From: Nitrospira sp.
Lineage (GTDB): Bacteria > Nitrospirota > Nitrospiria > Nitrospirales > Nitrospiraceae
Direction of reading: 5' to 3'
Assembly: GCA_047150005.1 (NCBI GenBank)
Contig: AP038806.1
Span: 1,440,001-1,504,000 of the forward strand
Length of the DNA stretch: 64,000 nt
Shown in pieces: positions 20,562 to 30,595 of this stretch. Made by a program: the position numbers and the translations under genes. The notes beneath the pieces are model-generated. The model worked only from the letters and a program-made list of their open reading frames with translations. It made no database searches and was not told the DNA's origin. Positions within the stretch are counted from its first letter, which is position 1; the number at the start of each line of letters is the position of its first letter.

Positions 20562-20679
20562 GACCGACTAGGTAGTCCTCTCGCCTCCACCCTGTCAAGG
20601 ATCCGTCCCGCCGCAATTGTGTCGGAGACGCCCGGAGGCGCTTGGTTTTCACGGAGGGAACCACTACTATGAGCCCACG

Positions 20680-20985
20680 ATGGAGACCCGGAATCAGACC
20701 TTGCGGCAACAGCTTTCTCTGTTGCTGACCGGAACGTTCCGGACCGCGCGGCAACTCGCCGAGCTGGCAAGCATCAGCGAGCGGCAGGTGGAGGAACACC
20801 TCGCGCACATCGTCAAGTCTCTGGCGCGAGACCGTTCCCGCCGGTTCATGCTGCGGCCGTCCGCATGTCATGACTGCGGGTTTACCTTCCGCGACCGGAC
20901 TCGTCTGACACGCCCGAGCCGCTGTCCCCGCTGCCGGAGCGAGGCGATATCCACGCCCGGGTACACGATCGAGACGCGCGCCTGA
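20680..20985 (+). CDS. Small HTH plus zinc-ribbon transcriptional regulator (COG3357-like)
   Basis: TARQLAELASISERQVEEHLAH HTH; CHDCGF...PSRCPRC. Confidence 0.8.
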   Translation: METRNQTLRQQLSLLLTGTFRTARQLAELASISERQVEEHLAHIVKSLARDRSRRFMLRPSACHDCGFTFRDRTRLTRPSRCPRCRSEAISTPGYTIETRA

Positions 20986-21084
20986 CCGGCTGGCATCGAC
21001 CTTGTTCTCAATTGTTTTGCCCGGATCACAGGGACTCGATGACGGTGGGGGCGCCGCGTGTCCTCGTCTCCGTGGTAGCAGTTC

Positions 21085-22656
21085 ATGACATCCCAGGCGT
21101 TTCGGCTTCAATTCCGGTGGGAAACCTTCGGCCACGATCTGTTGGCCTCGGTCGTGGTTTTTCTCGTTGCCTTGCCGCTGTGCATGGGTATCGCCGTGGC
21201 GTCCGGCGCTCCGCCGGCCACCGGCATCATCACCGGCATCATCGGAGGTTTGGTCGCGGGGGCGCTGGCCGGCTGTCCGCTTCAGGTGAGCGGGCCGGCC
21301 GCGGGCCTCACCGTCATCGTCTACGAGATCGTGCAGGAACAAGGCATGGAACGCCTGGCCTTGATCATCATGCTCGCCGGCATCATTCAAATGAACTGGG
21401 CCTGGCTTCAACTCGGTCAATGGTTCCGCGCGGTGTCCCCGGCTGTCGTGCACGGTATGCTGGCGGGCATCGGGGTGCTGATTTGCGCGAGCCAGTTCCA
21501 CATCATGATAGACGACGTACCAAAAGGATCGGGGTTGGAGAATCTGGCCACTTTGCCCTCGGCCATCTGGAAGGGCCTGGTGCAAGACGACAGCGCGCCG
21601 ATGAATCACCATCTCGCGGCGAGGATCGGCGTCCTGACCATTGCCGGCATCGTGATGTGGAATCTCTACGCGCCTAGGACGCTCAAAGCCTTACCCTCCG
21701 TCCTGCTCGGCGTGTCGCTCGCCACGGTGGCGACGGCGCTACTGGGCCTCGACATCGCTCATGTCAAGGTACGGGACAACCTCCTCACGATCATCAACCC
21801 TCCCACGCTCGAGTCCATGCGCAACCTGCTCGACCCTGCGATCCTCGGGGAGGCTCTGGCCCTGGCGCTGATCGCCAGCGTGGAAACCCTCCTGTCGGCG
21901 ACCGCCATCGACCAGCTTCACCATGGCCCGCGCACCCGCTATAACAAGGAGCTCTTCGCGCAAGGGACCGGCAATCTGTTGTGCGGGTTCCTGGGCGTTT
22001 TGCCTATGACCGGCGTCATCGTTCGCAGCGCGGCGAACGTCGAAGCCGGCGCGCGTTCACGCGCATCCGCCATGATGCACGGGGGTTGGCTGCTCCTGTT
22101 CGTGTCGTTTCTTCCGTTTATCTTGCGCCTGATTCCCACGGCCAGCCTCGGCGCCGTGCTCGTATTCACGGGCTACAAGCTCATGAACGTCGAGACGATC
22201 AGGGAACTCCGACGGCACGGTTCGAGCGAGGTCCTGATCTACGCCGCCACGCTCGGCACGATCGTCGTCACCAATCTGCTGACCGGCGTCCTCGTCGGAG
22301 TCGGGCTGGCCCTCGCCAAGCTGCTGTATACCACGCAGGATCTCGATACCGCCCTGGAGCACGATCCGTCGACCGGGAGGCTGACGCTCAATCTACAGGG
22401 AATCGCCACCTTCGTCAGCCTGCCTCGATTGGCGACGGCCCTGGAGAAGGTGCCGCCGTCCACGGACCTCGAGGTCCGATTTTCCTCACTCCGTCACATC
22501 GATCACGCCTGCTTGCAACTTCTCGAATCCTGGGCGAAACTTCACGCGGCGTCCGGCGGCCGAGTCAATCTGGACTGGGACAAGCTCAACGGGTTGTCGT
22601 ACCATGCGAGAAAAGACGTGCGCGCGGCCACCGGTTGGCGGAAATGGATTCACTGA
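21085..22656 (+). CDS. SulP/SLC26 family anion (possibly bicarbonate) transporter
   Basis: DLLASVVVFLVALPLCMGIA, QVSGPAAGL, PMTGVIVRSAANV; short STAS-like C-terminus. Confidence 0.92.
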   Translation: MTSQAFRLQFRWETFGHDLLASVVVFLVALPLCMGIAVASGAPPATGIITGIIGGLVAGALAGCPLQVSGPAAGLTVIVYEIVQEQGMERLALIIMLAGIIQMNWAWLQLGQWFRAVSPAVVHGMLAGIGVLICASQFHIMIDDVPKGSGLENLATLPSAIWKGLVQDDSAPMNHHLAARIGVLTIAGIVMWNLYAPRTLKALPSVLLGVSLATVATALLGLDIAHVKVRDNLLTIINPPTLESMRNLLDPAILGEALALALIASVETLLSATAIDQLHHGPRTRYNKELFAQGTGNLLCGFLGVLPMTGVIVRSAANVEAGARSRASAMMHGGWLLLFVSFLPFILRLIPTASLGAVLVFTGYKLMNVETIRELRRHGSSEVLIYAATLGTIVVTNLLTGVLVGVGLALAKLLYTTQDLDTALEHDPSTGRLTLNLQGIATFVSLPRLATALEKVPPSTDLEVRFSSLRHIDHACLQLLESWAKLHAASGGRVNLDWDKLNGLSYHARKDVRAATGWRKWIH

Positions 22657-22657
22657 C

Positions 22658-22897
22658 GTGAGACGTGGAATCAAGTCGATAGACGGGCGGGCGGCGGCCG
22701 TACTGGTGCTGATGTTTCTATGGACCGGTTGTACCGGCGACAAGCCGAAGGAATTGCTGCAGACCGCCGAATTCGAAGAACGGCAGATGAACGTCCCCCA
22801 CGCGAAGCAGCTCTACGAAGAGCTCGTCCGGCTATACCCGACCAGCCCTGAAGCGGACGTCGCCCGTTCACGGCTGGCCGCGATCAACCGCGATTAG
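22658..22897 (+). CDS. Small lipoprotein with a TPR-like repeat
   Basis: Lipobox-like WTGC; AKQLYEELVRLYPTSPEA..A..RL. Confidence 0.65.
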   Translation: MRRGIKSIDGRAAAVLVLMFLWTGCTGDKPKELLQTAEFEERQMNVPHAKQLYEELVRLYPTSPEADVARSRLAAINRD

Positions 22898-23690
22898 TCG
22901 GCCACGGTCGCGGAAACCATGGCACGAACGCACTCGTCGTCTCCTGATAGATCCGATATTCATCTCCTCGCCGCTTCAAGGCCTGCTGCTCGGCAGGCGG
23001 AATGCCCGTCACTTTCACTAACGCCCAGCCCATCCCCAAGGGCGCGAGCCAGGTGAGCAGCCACCCGGGCGAACCGATCGTCATGACGACGTAGGCCCAC
23101 CAGTGGAGCCATTCGAAGAAATAGTTCGGATGCCGTGAGTAGCACCAGAGCCCCGCCCGGCACACACGGTTGTGGTTTGCGGGCTCCGCACGGAACCGCG
23201 CGAGTTGATGATCGGCCACAGCCTCCCCTCCCACCGCGACGATCCAGACGATCATCCCGACCAACTCGACCAATCCGAACGGCGGGCGTGGATTCTGAAC
23301 GATGACCAGGAACGGCAAGGAGAACAGCGCGACGGCCGCAGCCTGAAGTTGGAAATAGCCGAGCATCTTTAGGTGTTCTGCCCGGCCCCATGCAACCCGA
23401 AGGCGGCGGTAGCGCGCATCCTCGACTTTGCCGACGATTCGATCGAACAGCAGGTACATCCCCAGACGCCCCGCATAGACCGACACCATCACGAGCGCGA
23501 CCGCCTTCCGCTCGACATCGCCCGACGCCTGGGCGGCATACCAACAGACGACGGCGATGAGACCGGCGCACCAGCCGACGTCGGCAAGCGAGGCATTGCG
23601 ATACAGGAGCTGAAGCACCCAAAGACCGGCCATCACCGCGACCATCGCGGCATAGGCGGCGAGGACCAGCGTGAGCGGATCGGGAGCCAT
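22884..23690 (-). CDS. DUF1295 family membrane protein (steroid 5-alpha-reductase-like)
   Basis: EDARY, EAVADHQL..F, GLWCYSRHPNYFFEW, Y..YQ..TS.FVPW. Confidence 0.9.
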   Translation of the reverse strand: MAPDPLTLVLAAYAAMVAVMAGLWVLQLLYRNASLADVGWCAGLIAVVCWYAAQASGDVERKAVALVMVSVYAGRLGMYLLFDRIVGKVEDARYRRLRVAWGRAEHLKMLGYFQLQAAAVALFSLPFLVIVQNPRPPFGLVELVGMIVWIVAVGGEAVADHQLARFRAEPANHNRVCRAGLWCYSRHPNYFFEWLHWWAYVVMTIGSPGWLLTWLAPLGMGWALVKVTGIPPAEQQALKRRGDEYRIYQETTSAFVPWFPRPWPTNRG

Positions 23691-23743
23691 CTATGTCCCC
23701 GCCGAACTGATCGCTGGGAACGGCTCGTCGCCGGTTCGTCCGA

Positions 23744-24616
23744 TCATGGCGCGGGATAATCCCATGGATCCCCATCCGACCCCCATCGTGTCAACCACTG
23801 GGCGAGGCCGGGCAGCTGAAACGATAGGAGCGTCTGAATCTTGTCGCAGCGCAGTGACAGGTCCGCGGGCCTTGGAGCCCCGACATGATCGCGTCCTGAG
23901 CCTCGGACCAGACGCCCTGTCAGGACCGGATAGCGGGAAAGCAGCAGTTCGCCGATTTCCCACCGTGACAAGCGCTCCGAACCGCCGAGATGGTAGAGAC
24001 CGGGGCGCCCGGCTCTGAGGAGATCCCACAAGGCCCGCGCAATCACGCCGGCCGGCAGCGGACAACGGAATTCGTCCGCATAGAGCCTCAGATCCTTGCC
24101 GGCATGGGCGGCCCGGCACATGTCTTCGACGAAGCTCCGATCCCCCGACTCGGAGGTGCCGGCGGTCAGTACGATCCGGACGACCGAGTGCCTCGGATTG
24201 CCGAGCACGATCTGCTCCGCCTCGAGCTTGGTCCGGCCGTAGACATTGATAGGGACGGCCTCATCCGTCTCCTCGTACCAGCCTCGTCTTCCGTCGAACA
24301 CCTCTCCGCTCGAGAGAAAGAGAAAAGGGATGTCGTGCGACAGCGCCGATAGGTGTGCCGTGACCTGCACGTTCGCCACACGGGCCGCCGCCGGATCCTG
24401 CTCGCAGTCCTTGGTCCGGCTCAACGCCGCGCAATGGATGACGGCATGGGGATTGAGCGTCTTCCACATCGTCTCCACGGCCGGGAACTCGGTGAGCTCG
24501 AGGTCGCGGCGGGTCAACGCTCGGATCTCCCAGTCGGGCGCCCAGCGGGAGACGGTCCGGACCAGATACTGGCCGATCAATCCGCCTGCGCCGGTGACGA
24601 TCGCGAGTGGCGCCAT
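23744..24616 (-). CDS. Extended SDR, dTDP-4-dehydrorhamnose reductase (RmlD)-like
   Basis: VTGAGGLIG, IHCAA, VFDG, YGRTK (YxxxK), RPADLSL. Confidence 0.87.
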   Translation of the reverse strand: MAPLAIVTGAGGLIGQYLVRTVSRWAPDWEIRALTRRDLELTEFPAVETMWKTLNPHAVIHCAALSRTKDCEQDPAAARVANVQVTAHLSALSHDIPFLFLSSGEVFDGRRGWYEETDEAVPINVYGRTKLEAEQIVLGNPRHSVVRIVLTAGTSESGDRSFVEDMCRAAHAGKDLRLYADEFRCPLPAGVIARALWDLLRAGRPGLYHLGGSERLSRWEIGELLLSRYPVLTGRLVRGSGRDHVGAPRPADLSLRCDKIQTLLSFQLPGLAQWLTRWGSDGDPWDYPAP

Positions 24617-24626
24617 CGCAGCACTG

Positions 24627-26309
24627 TTATTGGCGGGTCAGCTTGCGATATCGGATTCGATGCGGCTGGTCCGCTTCCTTGCCGAGGCGTTTTTTGCGGT
24701 CTGCTTCGTACTCGCTGTAGTTGCCCTCGAACCAGACAACCTTACTGTCGCCCTCGAAGGCCAGAATATGCGTCGCGATACGGTCGAGGAACCACCGGTC
24801 GTGGCTGCTGATGACGGCGCAGCCGGCAAAGTTCTCCAATCCTTCCTCCAGCGCGCGCAGCGTGTTCACGTCGAGATCGTTCGTAGGCTCGTCGAGGATG
24901 ATCAGATTCGCCCCCTCTTTGAGCATGCGGGCCAGATGGACTCGGTTGCGTTCTCCACCGGACAGGTCCTTGACCTTTTTCTGCTGATCGGTGCCTGCGA
25001 AATTGAACCGTGCGCAGTACCCCCGCGCGTTGACTTCGACCTTGCCGAGCTTGATCGTGTCCTGACCCTCAGAGATCACCTCGTAGACGGTCTTGTTGCC
25101 GTCGAGGCTGCGATCCTGGTCCACATACCCCAGCTTGACCGTGTCCCCGATCCTGATCGTGCCGGCATCCGGTTTCTCTTTGCCGATGATCATCTTGAAC
25201 AAGGTGGTCTTGCCCGCCCCGTTCGGTCCGACCACTCCGACGATGCCGCCCTTCGGCAATGTGAAGCTGATGTTCTCATAGAGGAGACGGTCGCCGAAGG
25301 CCTTCGTCACGCCCTTCGCCTCCACCACGACGTCACCCAGCCTGGAGCCGGGCGGAATGAAGATTTCCAATTCTTCCGTCCGCTGCTCCTGAGCCTGATT
25401 GACCAGTTCTTCATAGCGGTTGAGCCGCGCCTTGCCTTTCGACTGGCGGGCCTTCGGAGACATGCGGATCCACTCCAGCTCGTGCTCCAACGTCTTCTTG
25501 CGTTTGGACTCCGCCTTCTCCTCCTGAGTCAGCCGTTCCTGTTTCTGTTCGAGCCACGACGAATAGTTGCCCTGGAACGGAATGCCATGGCCGCGGTCGA
25601 GCTCAAGAATCCAGCCGGCTACATTGTCGAGAAAATACCGGTCGTGCGTGACGGCGATCACGGTGCCCTTGTACTGCTGCAGATGCTGCTCCAGCCATTG
25701 CACGGATTCCGCGTCGAGATGGTTCGTGGGCTCGTCCAGCAAGAGGATATCCGGCTCCTGGATCATCAATCGGCAGAGGGCAACCCGGCGCTTTTCTCCG
25801 CCCGACAACGTGGAGATATTTTGATCCGACGGAGGGCACCGGAGCGCATCCATCGCGATCTCCAGCTCGTTTTCCAATTCCCACCCGTTTGCCGCCTCGA
25901 TCTGCTCTTGAAGCTGCGCCTGCTTGTCGAGCAGCTTCTCCATCTCGTCAGGCGAAGCCTCGCCGATCTTGTTGCTGATGTCCTCGTAGGCCTTCAAAAG
26001 GGCCACGAGCTCGTGCTTACCCTCCTCGACCACCTCTTTGACCGTCTTGTCCTGGTCCAGTCTAGGCTCCTGTTCGAGGAGGCCCACGCTGTAGCCCTTC
26101 GATCGGGTAATCTCGCCCGTGTAATTTTCATCCATGCCTGCGATGATTCTGAGCAGCGAGCTCTTGCCGGACCCGTTGAGTCCGAGCACGCCGATCTTGG
26201 CCCCGTAGTAGAAGCCGAGATAAATCTCCCGCAACACCTGCTTCTTGGGCGGATAGACCTTGCCCACGTTGACGAGAGAAAAGATGACCTGTTTGTCGTT
26301 GGTCGCCAT
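24627..26309 (-). CDS. ettA: Energy-dependent translational throttle ABC-F protein EttA
   Basis: Two ABC domains ([16 protein letters not shown]), [16 protein letters not shown]-terminal PHRIRYRKL. Confidence 0.95.
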   Translation of the reverse strand: MATNDKQVIFSLVNVGKVYPPKKQVLREIYLGFYYGAKIGVLGLNGSGKSSLLRIIAGMDENYTGEITRSKGYSVGLLEQEPRLDQDKTVKEVVEEGKHELVALLKAYEDISNKIGEASPDEMEKLLDKQAQLQEQIEAANGWELENELEIAMDALRCPPSDQNISTLSGGEKRRVALCRLMIQEPDILLLDEPTNHLDAESVQWLEQHLQQYKGTVIAVTHDRYFLDNVAGWILELDRGHGIPFQGNYSSWLEQKQERLTQEEKAESKRKKTLEHELEWIRMSPKARQSKGKARLNRYEELVNQAQEQRTEELEIFIPPGSRLGDVVVEAKGVTKAFGDRLLYENISFTLPKGGIVGVVGPNGAGKTTLFKMIIGKEKPDAGTIRIGDTVKLGYVDQDRSLDGNKTVYEVISEGQDTIKLGKVEVNARGYCARFNFAGTDQQKKVKDLSGGERNRVHLARMLKEGANLIILDEPTNDLDVNTLRALEEGLENFAGCAVISSHDRWFLDRIATHILAFEGDSKVVWFEGNYSEYEADRKKRLGKEADQPHRIRYRKLTRQ

Positions 26310-26416
26310 AGGCTCCTTTGCCGGTTGATCAAAAGGGTTCTACCTTAGCAGACCGGCCGCCGGAAGCTCAATTCATGCCGGCCGCGTCACATCTCCCGAA
26401 GACGGAGGACGTCGCT

Positions 26417-26587
26417 TCAGATGCTCAGCTCTTCGGAGAGCCTGACTTCGGATTCATCGAGAATGTCTTCCAGGCAGGTGAAACAGGGGAAGGGGAACCG
26501 ATCGACAGGAAGCACGCACACTTCTCCAACGGCGGTGTTGGTTTCCAGCGCCGGGCCTCCGCACTCTTTATGAATCAGCGTCAACAT
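26417..26587 (-). CDS. Small 56-aa putative zinc-ribbon protein (below ORF-track cutoff)
   Basis: Manual translation MLTLIHKECGGPALETNTAVGEVCVLPVDRFPFPCFTCLEDILDESEVRLSEELSI; HxxC...CxxC; starts 9 nt after the upstream co-oriented stop. Confidence 0.6.
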   Translation of the reverse strand: MLTLIHKECGGPALETNTAVGEVCVLPVDRFPFPCFTCLEDILDESEVRLSEELSI

Positions 26588-26596
26588 GACGGCGCG

Positions 26597-27352
26597 TCAC
26601 GGTTGCTCGACGACCAGCCGACGTAAGAGGTCGATGTGCTCGGGACTGCTCAATCGATGGTCCCCGGGAACGAGTTGAAGATCGATAGGAAACGATGGAG
26701 CATGCATACGAAGTTGTTCGACGAACCGCCGGCTGCCATCCGGTGCGATCGCCGCATCCTCCAATCCATGCATGATGCTCGTCCTCACCGGTCTCAATCG
26801 ATCGAACGTCGTCTTCCAGACGGCCTCGCTTTCCTCGACCCACTTCCAGGAAAGCGGCCAGTCCTTGTGCAGGGGATCGTCATCCCACGGCATCGAGCCA
26901 AACCTGATCCAGTCGCGTCGACGCTGATCGGGGATGTCCTTTGCGCGGACGCCCATCATATTGAAGGCCGGCGCAATGAGAATCAGCCGATCGATATGGT
27001 CGAACTCCCGGGCCATCAACCAGGCGATCCAGCCGCCCAACGAATTGCCGACGATCGTGACGGGCGGCCCCTGCTTGAGCATGGACATCACGACCCGGGC
27101 ATCGTCCATCCAGTCCGAGAGACTGTAGTCCGTAAACATCCCTTCTGAATCTCCGAATCCTCGCACATCATAGCAACAGAATCTCCATCCGCGCTCCGCG
27201 CACCATTGGACCAGGGCTTTGCTCTTGCTTCCCCAGCGTCTGGACAGGAATCCTGTGATGAAGAGGACTTGGCGTCCGGCGCCCTCGGCGATATCCCCCC
27301 GGATCAATTTACCGTCGGCACCCTTTGCTTCGAAGAGATGGGTCGTCTTCAT
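26597..27352 (-). CDS. Alpha/beta hydrolase
   Basis: Start MKTTHLF (ATGA overlap); YDVRGFGDS, GNSLGG nucleophile elbow, HGLED, GDHRLS. Confidence 0.88.
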   Translation of the reverse strand: MKTTHLFEAKGADGKLIRGDIAEGAGRQVLFITGFLSRRWGSKSKALVQWCAERGWRFCCYDVRGFGDSEGMFTDYSLSDWMDDARVVMSMLKQGPPVTIVGNSLGGWIAWLMAREFDHIDRLILIAPAFNMMGVRAKDIPDQRRRDWIRFGSMPWDDDPLHKDWPLSWKWVEESEAVWKTTFDRLRPVRTSIMHGLEDAAIAPDGSRRFVEQLRMHAPSFPIDLQLVPGDHRLSSPEHIDLLRRLVVEQP

Positions 27353-28068
27353 GCTCGACTCAGGACGGTCGTCAGAAACGAACCTAACTGCCGAAGGACC
27401 GGTTCGGGAATTTCGTGGCCGCCCCGGAAACTCTGCCATGCGACCGCCAGCCCTGCCTGGATCAATTCGTCCCGCAGCCGTTCGGCCATCTCATAGGGAA
27501 GGATCGGATCCTGGGTGCCATGGCTCTGAAACACGGGTAAGCCCGCTCGCTTCGCGACGGCAGGCCGCCATTCATGGCGTGCCAGGAGCGTTCCGGACAA
27601 TTGTACAAGCCCGGCAAACGGGTAGGCCGTGCGCATGACCAGGTCGCAGGTCAGCATGGCCCCTTGGGAAAAGCCGCCGATGACGGTCTTCTGGTAATCG
27701 ATCGGCAGGACACGCGGCAGTTCGGTCAGCAGCTGTTCCATCATCTGCCTCGCTTGCGGCAGCCCTCTGGGCACCTCCGTGGAGAGGTCCCGCAGACGCC
27801 CGGCCGCACGGTCCGCCTCCAGTCGAGCCATATCGATCAACCACCAGGCCCGGGAATCTCCGTACCCGAAACTCAGCGAGAGCGGGCCCTCCGGAAAGAG
27901 AAATCGCGCGCCCTTGGGAACCGGCAAGACGCCGGCGAGGGGCACGAGATCGGTCCCAGGCGCGCCGAAACCGTGCAAGAGGATGACGACCGGCCCCCTG
28001 CCGCCGCCTTTCCCGTCCGTTCCGCCTGTGATGCGGACGTCAAGATCACCAACGCGCTCTCGCCTCAT
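27349..28068 (-). CDS. Phospholipase/carboxylesterase
   Basis: LLHGFGAPG, GGFSQGA, SHGTQDPIL, GGHEIP. Confidence 0.9.
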   Translation of the reverse strand: MRRERVGDLDVRITGGTDGKGGGRGPVVILLHGFGAPGTDLVPLAGVLPVPKGARFLFPEGPLSLSFGYGDSRAWWLIDMARLEADRAAGRLRDLSTEVPRGLPQARQMMEQLLTELPRVLPIDYQKTVIGGFSQGAMLTCDLVMRTAYPFAGLVQLSGTLLARHEWRPAVAKRAGLPVFQSHGTQDPILPYEMAERLRDELIQAGLAVAWQSFRGGHEIPEPVLRQLGSFLTTVLSRA

Positions 28069-28179
28069 CGGTGAACCACTCTATGACGAGCGACTCCGCA
28101 CTGCAAGGAGCCTCGCCCCGCTGCGGCGTCAAAAGGAGCTGTGTCGTTGACCTTGGAGGTTGCGATATGCGATGTGCGA

Positions 28180-30390
28180 TTATGGATTGGAATTTGGAAT
28201 CACTTTATAGATCGCATTGAAGCCGGAAGCGTAGACGAACCCGCCCGGTCCTTGAATGACATCGAGCAGTCCTCCCAATCCTCCATTGAACGCGACGGCC
28301 ATTGCTCCAAGATGATCGAGCTGTGCTCCGGCCAATGCAATCCGCCGAAGTTTGCCCCCGTTGACATCGGCGAACAGCAGATTATTGTGGAAGGCGGACG
28401 GGTAATTCGAATTCTGCGGGATCGTCGTCATGCCCGTCGGTCCTATCGTGGGCGTAATGGCTACGATCGGGTTGAGGAACCTCGGATCGTTGGCTATGCC
28501 CGTGACAGTAGGCCAGCCATAGTTACCGCCGGCCACGATGCGATTGACTTCATCGTCGGTATCCGGCCCGTTTTCGGTGACCCAGAGGTCGCCGGTTTGA
28601 GGATGAAATACGGCCCCGAAACTGTTTCGAAGGCCCATGGCATAGATCCTGGGGTCGCCGAATCCTGGGGGATTGTCCCCGGGGGCTGAACCATCGGGAT
28701 TGAGACGAAGAATCTTGCCGCCCAATGAATTGATGTCCTGCGCCAATTGCGGGCGATTCCATTCTCCGAGCGTTACGTAGAGCTTGCCGTCCGATCTGAA
28801 ACGAAGGACTCCGCCGTTGTGAATGTCGCCGGCGGGTAGGCCGTCGAGAATCGGTGTTTCGTTCGTCCCTCGGCCGTTGACTTCCGTTACACGAATGAGT
28901 CGATTGTGCAATTGGTCTGCGGTGACATAGTAGAGATACACGTAGTGATTCGTCGAAAAGTTCGGATCGAGCACAAGGCCGAGCAGACCTTGGTCCCTGC
29001 CATGGCCGACATCGACATGATAGAAAGTCGTCGGGCGCAGTTGCCACGCGCCTCCCACAATATCGACGATCCTCACGTTTCCCGTCAGAAGTTCGTTGAA
29101 GAACACTCTGCCATCCGGCGCAACAGCCATCGTGACCGGTATATCCAGGCCGCTGAGGACTGGCTCTAACCGGACTTCGCCTCCGGGCGGTTCTGCGATC
29201 GTGAACGTAATGGTTTGAGTGGCTTCGGGATTTCCAAGCGGATTATGCGCACTGTCGACCAGTTGCAGACGGACTCGATGCGTGCCGCTGGGTTGCTGGA
29301 AGATCTGAAACGACGTGCTGGTCTTCCAGTGCACGACATGGGTGTGTTTCCCCTCATAGAGCACGCCCGTGTCTTCATTAGGTCCGCTGAAGAACTCATA
29401 GGGCGTCGGATCGTTGTCCAAGAAAAAATGGACATGGGGTTGCCCCTGGAGTCCAATGCTAAAGTTGGCTGTCGCCAGGGAAATGGGCACCGCTCCCGGC
29501 AGGAAGGTGGCACCCGGCGAGGGGCTGACGACGCTGATGGTCGGGGTGGTGCTTGGAGGAACTCCAACGGAGAAGACGAGCAAGGTCGTGGCCTGCGGAT
29601 TGTTCAGCGCGACCCCGGCTGCATCAACCAGCGTGAATCGAATCTGATGGGACCCGCTCCCGAGATTGGTCAGGCGTATCGCCGTGGAACTTTGCCACAA
29701 GACATCCGACGCAGGGTTCCCTGAACGCTGGACTTGATTCGTAGTCCCGTTCAAGAAATCGTACGCAGTCGGATCGCTATCCAGCTGGAACTGCAGGTGC
29801 GGTTCCCCCACCCCGCCCAGGGAAAAATTCTGCACCCCGAAGTTGACCGTCACGGGGCCGGCCGGGAGTGCGGCGTTCTGTGCGGGGCTCGTTACCATTA
29901 TCGTGGGGGCAATGCTGGCCGGGAGGGTCGTGTTCGGTTGACCCGGATTGAAAGACGAAGGTGGAGAGACATGTTCCGGAGTGGCCTTTTCCGTCGGGGT
30001 CGCGCTGGTCGCCACAAATCCTAGGTCGATCGCCCCGGCTTGTGTCAGAGAGAACACGTTTGTTTCAGGATTGCCGATGTAAAGAGGGTAGATTCGCCCG
30101 CCGGTGATGAAAAACACCCTCAGCGGGGTCCCGAGCTGGAGTCCAGAGATTTGATAGGGGACATGGCCTTGAGCATCGCGGGGTCGACCTGTCGTGTCGT
30201 CCTCCGCGACGATCTGATCGCTTGAATCAATTGCCACGATTCTCGTGCCGGCAACAGTCCCCGTGATAGAGCCGGGCCCCGGAGCCGTCGCCGCGGACTG
30301 GGAACTGTCACTGGAACCACAAGCAGAGAGACCCACCCATAGAACGAGGGCTGTTGCCCCGGTAATCGCTCGCAGGATTCTTGTCACCAC
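28180..30390 (-). CDS. Lipoprotein with tandem Ig-like domains and a C-terminal PQQ-dependent glucose/sorbosone dehydrogenase domain
   Basis: GTG start after AGGGGAG; lipobox LSAC; GLLGLVLDPNF, HNGG, GKILRLN.DG, GLRNSFG, ENGP..DDEVN, GGNYGWP. Confidence 0.85.
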   Translation of the reverse strand: MVTRILRAITGATALVLWVGLSACGSSDSSQSAATAPGPGSITGTVAGTRIVAIDSSDQIVAEDDTTGRPRDAQGHVPYQISGLQLGTPLRVFFITGGRIYPLYIGNPETNVFSLTQAGAIDLGFVATSATPTEKATPEHVSPPSSFNPGQPNTTLPASIAPTIMVTSPAQNAALPAGPVTVNFGVQNFSLGGVGEPHLQFQLDSDPTAYDFLNGTTNQVQRSGNPASDVLWQSSTAIRLTNLGSGSHQIRFTLVDAAGVALNNPQATTLLVFSVGVPPSTTPTISVVSPSPGATFLPGAVPISLATANFSIGLQGQPHVHFFLDNDPTPYEFFSGPNEDTGVLYEGKHTHVVHWKTSTSFQIFQQPSGTHRVRLQLVDSAHNPLGNPEATQTITFTIAEPPGGEVRLEPVLSGLDIPVTMAVAPDGRVFFNELLTGNVRIVDIVGGAWQLRPTTFYHVDVGHGRDQGLLGLVLDPNFSTNHYVYLYYVTADQLHNRLIRVTEVNGRGTNETPILDGLPAGDIHNGGVLRFRSDGKLYVTLGEWNRPQLAQDINSLGGKILRLNPDGSAPGDNPPGFGDPRIYAMGLRNSFGAVFHPQTGDLWVTENGPDTDDEVNRIVAGGNYGWPTVTGIANDPRFLNPIVAITPTIGPTGMTTIPQNSNYPSAFHNNLLFADVNGGKLRRIALAGAQLDHLGAMAVAFNGGLGGLLDVIQGPGGFVYASGFNAIYKVIPNSNP

Positions 30391-30595
30391 ACTCTCCCCT
30401 TGTTTTTCTCTTCTCACCAGACGGCTCCCCTGCCCCTGTTGTCCTGCCTGACGTCTGAAGCTTCCTCGCATTTATTTGCGCCTACTTACTACTATACGGA
30501 AGTAGGGTCAACAGCCAGCCTGCATCCGTTCACCATTCGGCCCGTCAGCCTGATCTTGACTCCGCCCGTTCTTGCTTCGCGCACGAGGGTTCCCG

